This document shows positions 46,287 through 60,539 of a DNA stretch of 64,000 nucleotides, in pieces. The DNA lies in the NCBI RefSeq assembly GCF_009914755.1, contig NC_060926.1. One strand, 5' to 3'. Below the pieces are notes generated by a model that saw only the letters and a program-made list of their open reading frames with translations, had not been told where the DNA came from and ran no database searches. The DNA comes from the human T2T-CHM13v2.0 reference genome, Homo sapiens. Each line of letters begins with the position of its first letter. Within the stretch, counting starts at the first letter, position 1. Position numbers and translations under genes: made by a program.

Positions 46287-47207
46287 TGGGAGAAATCTTA
46301 AAGTGACATGATGCCTCAGAGCAAATATCCATGTGAATATTATCCCATCTTTTGATTTCCAAAAATTATTTCCTGAGCTCCACTGATGTGGTTCTACATT
46401 GGTCTGTGCAATGTTGGCATAAGTAAGACAAAGAAAAAAAAGAGGGCTCTACTGAACACCTATGCTTATCTCTCGGTAACTCGCTCCTTCTCGAATCTCT
46501 GGTACATAGGAGGTAGCATGCATCATTTTACCTCTATTTACAGGTACTTGGACCAAGAGTGGACACTATATTTAATGAGAGTTCACAGACTAGTCTGACT
46601 TCAGTGGCCTGGCTCACAAAGATGGTCTAGGCTTCCTTTGTTAGAAACGGAGTTAAGATTTGAGGAGAAGGGTTGTTTTCTTTTCTGGCAGGGGGTGTTG
46701 TCATGGGGGTATAGTAATAAGCAGATTTATGAAGTGCTGCATGGTCACACTAATGACAAAGCACTAAAGTAAAGCTTTTTGGACTCCTGCTGCCAAAGTC
46801 ACCAGAGCTACCATGAATATATGACGCTCTCTAGTCCTAACCTCACTGAAGTTTATTTCTATTGTAGTCCCTCCTTCCAGATTATTGTGTGATTTCTTAG
46901 TTATTTACTACTATAAACCTGCTTGTTTGAACTAGTTCAAGTGAGTCTCTGTTTTTTTGTGACCAAATGAGTAACAAAAATGATTCTCTGCATTAATTTA
47001 ATGGTTGTAGAGATGTAAAAGAAAGAATGGGTTTAAGGTGTAGAATCAAAATACCTTAGAAATCCAAAAGACATGGATGATAGGGAGAAGGAAGAGTCAG
47101 AGATGAGTCCCAAACCCTTGCCAATAGGTAACACAGAAGACAGAACAGGGATTGAAAGAAACATATTGAAGTCCAGGTTAGACATGTTAAGACTGTGGTG
47201 CCTGTGA

Positions 47208-47524
<317 letters not shown>

Positions 47525-48029
47525 AACTGTGAGATTTTTAATGGAGATGCATATTAAAAAGTTGGATATGTAAGTGTGGACTCACTTTCATGTGCTACTC
47601 TTTTTTTTTTTTTCCAGGAAAGAAGGCTTAGTTGATATAAAAATCTTACATTCAATTATTTATGATTAAGGATTTTGACAATTGAAGGTTTAACTGGTAA
47701 ATTCACATAGACTGCATCAAACTAATATAACATCATGCTATTAATGAGGTTTCATTCCTTTAAAATAACCTCGTTTTGGAGGCACAAATTTTGAAGAATT
47801 AGTCATGAATTTATGATGTCTCCAAGGTAATTTAGGTGTGGAAGTGCACAGCTAGACTCTCTAAATATCATCTTTGGTTCTATTGCATTGGAACACTTAT
47901 AAACCAATATCTTTAGTGTATTTTGGCTTTCCTCTCAGTGACCCAAGTGGCAAAAAGATCTATTAGCTAAATAAGCACACAAGGTTGCTTCTTGGTAAAT
48001 TAAACATATGAATCTAAATAATGTATTTT

Positions 48030-49455
48030 CCAAAACCCCACTGAAGCTATAGTAAAGGAATATTATGAAAGACATGAACCCACAAGTCAAAAGGAATCAG
48101 AGTGGAGACAACAGCAACATAATTTTGGAAAATGAAATGATGGATAAGTGGTAGGCATTATAGCAAACTTATGAAAACTCTATACTAAACTTGTGTTGCA
48201 AAAGGTAAGAACCAGTTCAATTTACTTTGAAGAATTTTAAAAGAGCCAAGGATTTATGTGATTAGCTACCTCTGGCAGTTGGAGGGTCCAGTGGGATGTA
48301 TTTTATAAAAAGGAAAACTAATTGAAAGCTGCTTAGGAAGGAGTTACATTCCTGGTTCTCCTTTCTCAGTCTGAAAATTTAGGTAATTGCCTCCATCCAA
48401 GTAAATCAGCAGAGATTTGTTCTCTGGAGGAGGTCAAACAAAAGGGCATTGAGGGATACCAAGCATAATTAGTGATATCTTACCAAAAAAGTGGTATTAA
48501 GTTAACATGCATACTGGAGGCTGAATCCCACCCCCTCCTTACTCTACCCTATAACTAGATTACTGGTTATCAGAAATTTGCCTTCCAAGAAGAAAATAGT
48601 AAGAGTCTTCTCTAGAGAATCTGATGAAAATGTAAATATTAATTAGAGGGGCTCCCTGATGGCATGGTCCAGCCAGATTACCTGCAGTGATGTTTACAGT
48701 CAGAAAGCCCCTCCTGCCCACTCAGTGTTTCAAACTGGGGTTTTTCATCACCGACTCTAAAATATGAGCTGACAATCAAGGCTTATAAATCTAAGGGTGA
48801 CCTTTAACATAAAAGATGCAGATCAAATAGCTAAAAGTAAAAAACTATGAGGTCGAAACGGAGATTCTGCAGAGAGAAAATCATAAAAATTTGCATAATA
48901 TTTTTAGAGAGATGTCTATAGAAACAAAGGAACAGAATGCTATAATAAAGACATATTAAGATAATAAAAATGAGATTTTAGTAATTTAAATTATTACAAA
49001 GAAAAGATAATTGTAAGAGCTGAGAAAGTTCCCTCCCAAATAATCAAACAATAACAAAAAAAGACAACAAAAACTAATTCACCATCACCATCACCGTCAA
49101 CAACAAAAAACAGAATAAGAATTCAAGTGAGGAAATATTGGAAGAGAGCACAACAGTTTCACTACCCAATTAACAGAAATTCCGGAAAGAGACCAGATAA
49201 AAGAAATGGGAAGAAAATTTCAAAAATAATTTTACAACATTTCCTGGAACTGATTCGAGGGCTCCTCAAGTATAACACATTTGCTGAGTACGGATGTATA
49301 GGTTGGGCATGGAACCACTCCAAGGAAGCACTGTGTATGCATAAGCGAAGTCATGCAGTTCACACCTACAGGTGGTGGCTCTGCGTCCTACCAAGACCGA
49401 TGGACATGAAATTTCATAATTCTGGGGAATGACAGAAGATCCTACACTCTGTGGG

Positions 49456-49500
<45 letters not shown>

Positions 49501-49900
49501 AGAGAGAGAGAGAGAGAGGAAGATAGGGAGAGAGGGAGAGAATGAGAGAGATGAAAGAAGTGGGAGGGAGAGAGAGAGGAGGGAAGGAGAGGGAGGGAGA
49601 GAGGAAGGAAAGGGGAGAAAGAGAGAGAAACTAAAGGATCTAGAATCAGAATTGATTTTTACTTCTCATCAACAGCAGTGAAACCATGAGACAAAGAGTA
49701 ATGCCTTCAAAATTCTAAGGAAAAGTAATTTCTAACTTAGAGTTCTATACCTAGCCAAGTACTATACTTACAACCTAGGTGACAAAATTATCTGTATACC
49801 AAACCCTTATGACATGCAGTTTACCTATATAACAAACATGTATATGTACCCTTGAAACTGAAAAAAAGCAAAAGCATAATAAAACAAATCTTACATGTTT
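48030..49900 (+). mobile_element. Ancient L1M 5'/ORF1 remnant, with a short L1 3' tip near 49770-49870
   Basis: ATTTCCTGGAACTGA...GAAATTTCA...AGAAGATCCTA...AATGCCTTCAAAATTCTAAGGAAAA...AGAGTTCTATACCTAGCCAA. Confidence 0.55.
49458..49630. repeat. (TG)n followed by a (GA)n/polypurine tract
   Basis: Direct read. Confidence 0.95.
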
Positions 49901-50297
49901 GAAAATGTTTCTTATCTGCATAATGGTAAGTTTGGGGAAGGGGAAATGGGATGTAGAGAAGAGAGGACCATTTTTGTCTCAACAAACACTGATTATTTTA
50001 GCTACATTTAAAAAACCAAATTTGATTAAAACAAAAATGAAGAAAAAGCTACTGATTACTTTTAAAAACCAAATTTTTATGGAATTTGGTGAGGTATTAT
50101 TTGAAAACCAACAGCATCTGCTTTCAATCATTTCAAGCAATTTTTCACTAAATTGGCACCAAGGCCATCTTGCCTTTTGGCATGTTTATGATATGTATAT
50201 CATGTGAGTCTGTGTGTATGTGTGTATTATTTATTCTACAGCTTAAGGGTGAAAAGCTTAAAAATGGATTTCTTGGAAGCATTGGGATCCTATTTTT

Positions 50298-50316
50298 ATT
50301 CCACTAGGTGTCAGCA
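50298..50316 (+). promoter_or_regulatory. Candidate CTCF site
   Basis: CCACTAGGTGTCAGC at 50301-50315, one mismatch from the core CCACTAGGTGGCAGC. Confidence 0.5.
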
Positions 50317-51129
50317 TAGTACCGTGAACCTGAATGCTATTGGGTTAGCAATCATTAAATCATTGCTTGTTCATAAACATGTTTTTATTTATCTTTCCAA
50401 AAATGATGATGTGAAATTTAGATTTAATAATGTAATCATCTTCTGCATTGTAATCATTATTCTCTACTCAAATGTTCCTTTTCCCCCTACCTATTCAGAT
50501 TAGTATGAGCTGCTTAAATTAGTTAACCTTTGGTGCTAATATACATCAGGGAATAGAAAAAGAAAACAACTACTGACAGAAATGACAGCAATGAATGTGT
50601 TTCCTGCATCTGAACTTTGGATTTTCAGTCAGTGTTTTTTTTTTTTTTAGTAGGTTAAGAGAGACATTTGGCTGACTGGGAAGATCAAAAGTATAACATT
50701 TCCACCATCTGTTATCTAGTTTATAAATATGCTTTAAAGGATATGAGCAATAATTGACTAGTTTAGTGCCATGGCAACTGATAAGTGTTCTTGTTAAGAG
50801 GACGTGTTGGGTAATTATTGTTAGATATTTTTAACTTATTTATTCCCCCTCTGACTAATCACTGTAGCATCATTGGCTTTGGCTTTGTATTGACTTGACC
50901 TTGACTCATCTCAACATCAGCCATACATATACCTATATGTGTATATGTGGATGTATATATATACACACACATATATAAACTCACATAGACACACATATAA
51001 ATGTCAACAAATACAAGGAGCATGTCTATCTTTATTTTCTGTTTATTATAATTAGAAAAGTGGCTGAAACGTAATAGGTATGCGATAAATATTTGTTAGA
51101 CGAATTATTTAAAGACAATTTGATAATAT

Positions 51130-52200
51130 ATATGTGTAAGAGATTTAATTATTAAGACTTGGTCACTTATGGATGCAGATAATTAGGAAATGAGAAAGTC
51201 CCTTGGGGTTTCTAATTTAGAAGTCTTGGTGGTGGCATTCATAACTACGTGGGACTCCAGGAAGAGTTGTAAGTTCAGCAGGATAGATAATGAGTTCAGA
51301 TTCTGCCATTTTGAGGCAGTGGAGTGGACAGCAAACTGAAGCTGTCTGATAGGCATTGGCTATAAAGCTCATACATTTTGTAAAAATATTTGAGCGGGAG
51401 ATACAGTAATTATCATGATGTAGAATGGGTCAGAGAGTAGATAAGTTTACCCAGGCAGGGTTTGTTCAATGAGGAGAGAAAAAGGCCAAGGGCAGAAACC
51501 TTGCAGAATAACATTTTAGGAATAGTGTACAATGAAAGGGAATCCTGAAAAAGAAGCTGGAAAGGAAAGAATAAAGTGTTAAGCATAAAAAGTAGTGAAT
51601 TTTGGACGGGCGCAGTGACTCATACCTGTAATCCCAGCACTTTGGGAGGCTGAGGCAGGCAGATCATGAGGTCAAGAGATGGAGACCATCCTGGCCAACA
51701 TGGTGAAACCCCGTCTCTACTAAAAATACAAAAATTAGCTGAGTGTGGTGGCACGTCCTGTAGTTCCAGCTACTTGGGAGGCTGAGGCAGGAGAATCACT
51801 GGAACCCAGGATGCGGAGGTTACAGTGAGCCGAGCCGAGATCACACCACTGCACTCCAGCCTGGTGACACAGCGAGACTCCGTCTCAAAAACAAAAAACA
51901 AAAAACAAGAAACAAAACCCAAACAACAACAACAAAGTAGTGAATTTCAAGAGAAATAGAATGGTCACCAGGGTCAAATGCTGCAAAGTAGTCCAGCCAT
52001 ATAAGCAATAAAAGGCACATATTTATGAATTAGGAAATTGTTGGTGACTCTGCTATGGAGTTATGAGAAGAGATTACCATTTACAGTATGACTGAGGATG
52101 ACATAGGACATGAAAGAGTAATATAGTGAATACGGACTGTAGACTCTACTTCGATGGAATATGACTATTCAAAGAAAGGGAATAAAGAACTTGGCAGCTC
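51130..52200 (-). mobile_element. L2 remnant interrupted by an Alu
   Basis: GATAATGAGTTCAG, GGTCAAATGCTGC and GTTGGTGACT L2 motifs. Confidence 0.65.
51604..51933 (+). mobile_element. AluSc-like
   Basis: GATCATGAGGTCAAGAGATGGAGACCATCC; TSD AAAGTAGTGAATTT on both sides. Confidence 0.95.
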
Positions 52201-52254
52201 AAGGTTTGCTAACGCCAGCTGCCCCAAGGTTGAGATTTTATGGAATAGTTAATC

Positions 52255-52940
52255 AGCAGTCTTCAAACTGAGATATGTACAGTTCTTGAGGTCCATGAAG
52301 ACTTTACCAAGTACATAGGGTTGAAATAATTTAGAGATTAATGTCTATATCCTCCATTCCACATACACTCTTTGCTAATATTAATTGGCCTTAGAGCTTT
52401 AGTTAAAATATCATACTTGTTTTCTTTTCCTACTTTCCTTTTGCAACTACACTTCTCTTGCTTTATCAAACAAAATCACATATTATCTAATCTGATGTTG
52501 ATCATCCCAGGGTATAAAATCATGGAGACATCAAACAAAAGAAAAATTTGTATTGATGATGAGAAAGTGAATTTCCTCAATGATTCAGAAACAAAATTTT
52601 TTGAACGTCAGGGAGTTTCTAATTTTTTGCTTTCAAAACAATTGAAGGAACTGATAAATCATTAAAATATAATTTTTGATAATACATCCCTATGTGACTT
52701 TTGGCATATAACATGAAAGGATTTCAATAGTGGATTTATGTTGCTAATACCAAAACATCCATTTCCACCTGTCCTATCCCACATTATTACAAAAAATTTT
52801 TCTCATATTTATAAAAACAACCAAATTAGGAATTAAATGTATGCTGAACACTGTCCTTCATCATAAGTAATATTTAGTCATTGCACATAAACTAATTAGA
52901 AATGAAACAAAAAAAGAAAAATAATCTCACAGGGTACAAA
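52255..52940. mobile_element. Possible old hAT-Charlie remnant
   Basis: CAGCAGTCTTCAAACTG terminus-like start; otherwise weak. Confidence 0.4.
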
Positions 52941-53964
52941 GAAAAGTGGGAAAGAGAAGAGCATTGGTACTCACAACTGAAGGAGGATTGAGTAGAATGG
53001 GAATGAGAACATATGAGAGGTAAGGTCAGTAAGGGGCTTGAATTCTGTGCTGGGCTGGGTAGACAGGGACATAATGGAGTCAATGATTCTAGATTTGAGA
53101 GTTCTCAGTAGAGGTGGACTGAAGTGTCAGGTGATGTCCAACGAGGCCAACTATCTGTGACTCCAGTTTTCCCTCAGGATTCATGATTTTAGAAAGGCAC
53201 TTAGGACAATGACTGTGATGGGATGAATCCTGAAGAGAACACTCTCATCAGATGGTGGGAGGAGATTCAATGTATCTGAGAACACTCATCTCTTGAGGAG
53301 TAAGAGCTTGACTGCTTTCTTCACTACAGTATTTTTAAAGCTTAGAACTCTGCCTGGCAGAGGGTGCTCAGATATTTTCTGTTAAATGAATTAGCAATGA
53401 CTGGCAATAGCCAAGACTCCTGAGTCTTCACTTAGTGGAACTAGAGTGGCCTTTTAACAGAACCTATTTGCATTTACACATTATGTGTTCACGCTATATA
53501 GAGAAGGAAAAAAAACGCCAAAATACGTATTTATGTTCATATAATTCAGTTTGAAAGTTCTCTTTCAAATAAATCTCACATGTCTTTCATTAGCTAAAAT
53601 AAGAGATAAAGTGTTACACATAATCCCCCAAAAGAACATAAGTCATAACTCAAGTTATAATATTAATTAAAATAAATTATATAAACTAGCATTAAATTAT
53701 TTGCTATGACAATATACATAAAGAAAAAAAGTGGGTGACAGCAGACAAAAAAAGGCTAAAAGCATTACTTAAACTTGGCGTCATGAGGTGATGTTGTCAG
53801 AGACTTAGCTTTTAATAGGCCAGAATGATCATGTAAAATAAAACAAGCAACAATCTTAAACTGACATTCCGGGAACATGGGAATGATTTTGAAGTCAAAA
53901 ACTGTTTTTAGAATAACAGTCCTAATGATACTTTCTGCCAATTAAAAAGGCTATAATTGACAGC

Positions 53965-55250
53965 TGTTTTAGTCAAGAATTGTTTAGTTGTAATGTATAG
54001 AAATCCTATTTTAATTAGTTTTAACCAAAAATGGGGATTTATTGGCCCCCAAAAACTGCACCCTGGAAGCCCAGGGTACACCTAGCTTTAGCATAGCTGG
54101 ATGCAGGGGGTTAAATGATATCATTAAGACAATCCTCTTTCTTATTTTCTTGGTCTTGTTTTCTTTTGTGTTGCATTTATTTCTAGGTAGACTTTCCCTA
54201 CTAAAAGAGCCTCAAGAGTCCAAGCTTGTATGGTACCTGAAGCTCTGCGGGAGAATATACATTTTCCTGATAGCTTTAACCAAAACAGCTGGAGGGCTTC
54301 TGTGGGCTTGGTGTGGGCCATATACCTAGCATGAAACATTTATGATGGTCGGTACAATGTAGTCCTCTGAGTGACCAGAGCTGGGCTCTTTGTGTCCCTG
54401 GGGAAAAGGTTGGTGTCTTCACCTGTTTGTGCTGCTAAAACAAAATACCACAGACTGGGTAACTGATAAACAATAGAAATTTGTTTCTCTTGTTTCTGGA
54501 AACCAGGAAGTCCAAGATCAAGGTTCCAGCAGGTTTGGTGTATGGTGAGGGCTGCCCTCTTGGCTTCCAAGGTGGTAGCTTGTTGCTCCATCCTTTAGAG
54601 TTGAGGAATGCTGTCCTCACATGGCAGAAGGGAGGGAAAGGCAAGAAAGTGATCCCTTTAACCTTAAACCTTAAACCTTTTTATATGGGTGCTAAGCTCA
54701 TTCTTGAAGCCAGAGCCTTCATGACTTAATCACCTCCTAGAGGACACACCTCTTGATTCTGTTGCATTGGGGATTAAGTTTCAACATGAATTTTGGAGGG
54801 GACACCATCATTCAAACCATAGGAGCTGGTGATAGAGGCATCCCTATCTGAACCCTTGGATTAAAAATCCCACCCCCGCCCACCTCCCCCCAGATAGATT
54901 GTCTCTGTAGAAGAATTCCAAAGGAAGGTAAGCAGTTCAGGGAATGTAGGTGGCTCTTCTTCTTAAGGTCAATCGGGATTTGAAGTTCCTTCCATTTTGT
55001 TGTTTCTCTGTTCCTTAATGCTGAAGCTATCTCATTGGCACCAGCCCATAAGAAAGGGGAAGGAGGAAGTAGAGGAAAGATAAAGAGGAAGGTAACTTCC
55101 ATTTAAGGAAACGATCTGGAAGTTGTTCACATTAGTTCTTTTTCATATCATATGACCATTCCTGATGGCAGAAGAGTCCAGGAAAAATAGAGTTCTGTTA
55201 CTAAAAGAAGGAAGGTCAGGATGTATAATAGGACAAGTAGTTGTCTCTGT
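53965..55250 (-). mobile_element. Old MLT1J/K-type LTR pieces with a nested MST LTR
   Basis: TTAGTCAAGAATTGTTTAGTTG start and TAGTTGTCTCTGTACCA end. Confidence 0.6.
54414..54822 (-). mobile_element. MST (MaLR) solo LTR
   Basis: TGCTGCTAAAACAAAATACCACAGACTGGGTAA...AAGTCCAAGATCAAGG...GATTAAGTTTCAACATGAATTTTGGAGGGGACA...TTCAAACCATAG. Confidence 0.88.
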
Positions 55251-57334
55251 ACCATTTACTTCTTTTTACTTTCAGATATACAAACATTTAAAGATTAAAT
55301 TTAAAAATTACTTTTACAGGAGGACATAGCTAAAAATGTGTCTTAATATGGGAAAACGGAAAACGAAATTTCTGTTCCACATTAAAAGAATCAGTTGCAA
55401 TATAAGTGGTTAGTATATTTTAAAGTCCTTCACTTATGGCTGTACAATTGAGAGATGCTTTAATTTTTGACATTATTATGTGCATTTCAAAAATAATATT
55501 AACATATATTTTTACTTTTGAAAGAATGGATATTGATACTCTCAAAAGAATTATAAATATTTTGATTTTGTACTTTTAATGTCATTGGTTAGTATATCAA
55601 TATTTTTAGAAAACAAAATTAACTATCTTGATTTTACAAAGAACCAAATTGTTCTACTGTAAAAGAGTAGACTAAAAATTCAGGTCTAATAGAATTGCAA
55701 GATTTTATCTCTTTCTAATGCTAAAAAGTTACTGAACTGGAAAAAGTATAATTTAATATGTTACTCGCTTGCCAAAAAAATAAAAGATGCCTGGCTTGGA
55801 TTTTATCCAGGAAGACATCTGTTTGCCTGGAACTAATAATAGCACAATCCTAATGATGTGCCAAACAAGTTATTTTAATAGAATGCTTTGTTTTGGGAGG
55901 TTAAGTTTGGTTACTCAGCAAAACTGCTGTGTTTGTAAAGGTATTGTGTTTGAATCTTCAAGTAGGGAAGCTGGTGGGAAAGTTGGTGAGAGATGCTGAA
56001 CATTTTAAAGATAAAGCTAAACTGATAGGGTATGCTTCATTTCTAAATGACTTTTCAAGATTAGAGAATGGATGCAAGGTAGTAGCAAATCACAATTCAA
56101 GTTTTAAAATTGATACTGGAGATTCTCCATTGTTTCAAAAGGCAAAGATATTCATTCCAATGTCTAGTGGCTATTTCTCAAAACCTATTCAAAGTAAAAA
56201 TTCTACTTAGTTCAGTTTGGTCCCTTTATTTTTCACCTTTAGCATTTCCCTAAAATTATAAAACATCTAGATGGAGGGAAGAAGAAATAGTTAAATATTT
56301 GAATGTTTGGTCTATATGATTTAAAACAGCTAGATGTTTAAAATCATAGAAATAATTGAATTTTTGATTTTCTTTAAACTTGCTATTGTATATACTTAGC
56401 ACATTAGCCACTGATGTAACTGATTAGTAACTGTTTTTTTGTATTATAAAAAACTTTACCATGTGAACTAAATCAAAAGAAATAATGTCATAGGGAAAGT
56501 CATTTATAAGCCTTTTTGGCCTGTCGAGTAATTTTTGCAATTGCTCTGTTCATTCTCATTGTGCCAACACTGCTTCCATTTAAGCATTAGGCCAATGGCG
56601 GATACTCATTAAAGAAATATGTCTGAAATTTCTTCCAATATGGCCTTAGGTGTTAATTCAGAGGCATCATCTAACCCAAAATGAGAGGCTAAAATGCTTC
56701 TTTTAACAAGATTAAGTACTAGAGAATAACTATTGTAAGAAAATACTTACTAATTTATATTTTACTTTTTCGAACTAGAGTATTAATGATATAGTTGAAG
56801 CAGTATAAAGAGGCTAATGCCTTAACATTAAAATAAGGTTTTCTATGTAAGTAATTTCTACACAAAGAAATTTTGTAAGATTCACATTTTCTGAAAAATT
56901 TTTAAACTGAAATATGACTGCTATGATGTTTTGTATAATAAATTTGTATTAATTAGCTACCTTCTAAAGGCACATGAAATTCTGAATGATGTATGCAGAG
57001 AACACAGCCAGAAGAACATTTTCTGGCTAAATCCAGCTTCACATGTTGCCATTGACCATGGGAAACAGATTTTGGTGAAAACAAATGCTAAGAATATTCC
57101 AGGAACTTTCTGGAACACCTGGATTTTTTTTTTCTTAATTAACTAGTCTCTACTGAAATGATTTTCTAGGCCTAGGCTACTTTAGGGGTAGGGTCTTTAA
57201 AATACAATTTAATTCTAGTTCCCCAGATGGAGTTTCAGACCATATTGTATAGTCTCGAGGAGAAATATTAATGTAGGAAGTTGTAATATACACTACTAGT
57301 TGCCTTTGCCAGAGAAATTGCCCAACTATTTTTT

Positions 57335-57672
57335 AAAATTTAAATATAATATACACGTAGTAAAAGTAAAACCCCTTTTGTGTGTACAGTTCTATGAATT
57401 CTGGGAAATTTATACAGTTGTATAACTATTATCACAATCAAGATAGAGACCATTTCCATTATTGGAACAATCTCCTTCATGCTTCTGTAATCAATCCCCT
57501 TCCCCAATCCGGAGTCTCTGAAAACCACTGATCTTATTTCTATCCCTCTAGTTCTTACTTTTTTTAGAATGTCATAGATTTAATCACATAGTGTGTAGCT
57601 TTTGAGCCTGGCTTCTTTCACTTAGCATGATGCTTTTGAGATTCATCCATGTTATTATGTGTATCAGTAGTT
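57335..57672 (-). mobile_element. L1M 3'UTR fragment
   Basis: CTGGCTTCTTTCACTTAGCATGATGCTTTTGAGATTCATCCATGTT. Confidence 0.8.
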
Positions 57673-57802
57673 TCTCTTCTTCTTCTTCTTCATTCTTCCT
57701 TCTTTCTTCTTTCTCCTTTCTCCTCCTCCTTCTCTTTTTCCTCCTCCTCCTCCTCCTCCTCCTCCTCCTCCTCCTCCTTCTTTCTTCTTTCTTCTTCTTT
57801 TC
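57672..57802. repeat. (CTT)n/(CCT)n polypyrimidine tract
   Basis: ~130 nt almost purely C/T on the + strand. Confidence 0.95.
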
Positions 57803-57869
57803 TGGAGACTCACCCCCTCTGAATGCTAAAGGAATCAAAGATGTGTTTGTGCAAACTTAGAAGCAGTCT

Positions 57870-58203
<334 letters not shown>

Positions 58204-60539
58204 CTATTTTCCTTAGTCAGGGAGTCCATTTCTCATAATTCTTTTCACCTAGGAATCACCATGTGTCTGTTCAGACAAAGAAGAAGCAAGGGGAAATCGG
58301 TTGGAGAACATTTAGGAAAGATGTCTCTTTCTCATATTAAAAAAAAGGAACAAATACAAACTTGTCATAGTCCAGTCCCACTGGTTTCTCCCTCCCCCTT
58401 CCAGATTCCCGTTTCTAGACAAATTACATCTGGAGCTATGGTAGCCATCTTGCAAGTCTAAAGGAGAGGCCAAGAGAACTGTAGAAAGCCCCCGAACTTT
58501 GTCATCATTAGCTCAACAACAAACCTTAAAACTGCCCACCTTCGGATTATTGATTATGTGAGATAATTGAAAGTGTTTGTTATTTTAGACATTTTATTAT
58601 GTTATTTGCAGTAAATGACATTCCTTGCTGAGAAAACTGTCAGTCTAGAAACCAGTTCGGATTGCAATTGCGGCACACAATTATAGAATTTTGATTACCG
58701 TAGTTACAAAACCTGTACCACTACTTTCTACAGTAACTTCATATTGTACTTGAAATGAGTTGGTATCTAAGGCATTTTCCTGAGGAATTCCAAAGTATCC
58801 ATTCACTTGAATGATTACAGTTCCACCTCTTTGGGGTTTGCCTTGGTGTTCACTTACTGTACTTGCTCCAATATTTTCTGTACTGGTTTCAGATCTCTGA
58901 AAACTATATTATTCACTGATTAAGATATTGCAGTTATCTTCTGTAGTCAAATTTAGCATGATTTTTATATTATTATCTAGAAAAGAGGAGAGAATTAACT
59001 AGAAAATTTAAGGAGCCTAGATCACAATGTGTTAGCAATGCTATCATTAGAGTCTCACAATAGTTAATAGACAGTAACTCAAATAATGCATTTTGTTATA
59101 TTAAGTTAGGCATAATATATAACCTTAAAATAAATAATAGGATATATCCTTTACTTTGTGGAACTGGGGAAACGTGTTAATACCTTTAAAACAAAATAGA
59201 AAATGAATAAAAATGATTTCTTTAGGTAGACCCACATTTTTATTTGGAGTCTATTCAATATATGCTATTATTACTTACTATTAAGTACTTGGCTCCAAGT
59301 TATTCCAACCAAGGTCCTTGTAATTTTGCAGCAACTGAACAGGAAATCCTGTGCTTAAAGAATTGTTCTGTTTGGCATTAATGTAGGGATGCGCCTAGTG
59401 GGAATAGCCTGAGAGAGTAATTGGCCCTACAGAAATATTGGAATAATATAAAACTATAAAAAACTATAAGATATTTTTGTTAATGAAATATATTTATGCT
59501 AATAATTTAGAGGAAAGAAGATAATTTCAGGTTTAAGTCTGTTTTATATTAAACTCTTTTTCAAGGAGGGCGGGGGCCAATGTTACTGACTAAAACAAGT
59601 GCCCATATGCAGCTAGCTTATTTATCCAAAAATAAACTAGAAAGATATTTTAAATAAATTATTCTTCTATATTTAAGACATATTATGAAATATTTCTTGA
59701 AATAGTACTAAGAATAAGAAAGTAGATTATCTAAAGGATCTTTGAATTTGTCTTGAGCTTGTCTTGATTTATAACTCAGAATCAAAAAGTTCTTAGAGAC
59801 GTCTATTTTTGTTGTTTCAAGTGCTCTGATTTACCCAATGATGTGCATACTTTTTTTTTCCGAGTTGGAAGAAAAGAGGTGAAGTTACAGAGAAAGTAGC
59901 TACAATTGCCCATAATCTATTCCCATATCTCATCTGTGCTACAGTCCACAGGAGAATGTCGCACTTGAGAGCCACCATCTGCTGTGGGTACATGGAGATA
60001 GAGTTTGAGAAACAACAGATCTACTTAAATTACACTATATATTTGAGAAAACCAGTGGTCAGAGAGGTGAAATAAATAACTTGCTTAATATAAAATAGCT
60101 ATTCAGAGACCCAGGAAAAAAACATCTTCAAGTAGAAATAAGTACACTTTGGACCTATTCGTATATGTGCCATTAACTTGTTAGAAATGGCAGTAGAAAA
60201 GTGACTCTAACTGTGACCAATGACTTACCAAATGTATGTAATTTATAGATTTGGGACACTGTGTGCAAGAAAGGTCACATTCCCTGTGTAAATTTAGCAT
60301 GGTCGCATCTTCTGTCTCAGAATCCTGACTGCAGCCAACAATTATTTTAGTCATTGGAGGAGAGTTAACTAATATTAACCAATAATTGTTTGTGCTGCAT
60401 GACTCAAATAGGATGATGAGCCAATCAGGGAGAAGGATCAGGTGGCTGTAGAGTTTAGAGAGTTTAAGGTGGCAGCCACAATGAGAGAGAGTGATTCAAT
60501 GTAGACACAGAAATAAGAAGAGATAGTCATATATGGAAC

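Noticed and set aside
57584-57860. Poly-Arg/Glu and poly-Leu ORFs
   Set aside because: Artefacts of the (CCT/CTT)n tract.
59968-59988. CTCF-like ACAGCAGATGGTGGC on the minus strand
   Set aside because: Mismatches at key core positions.
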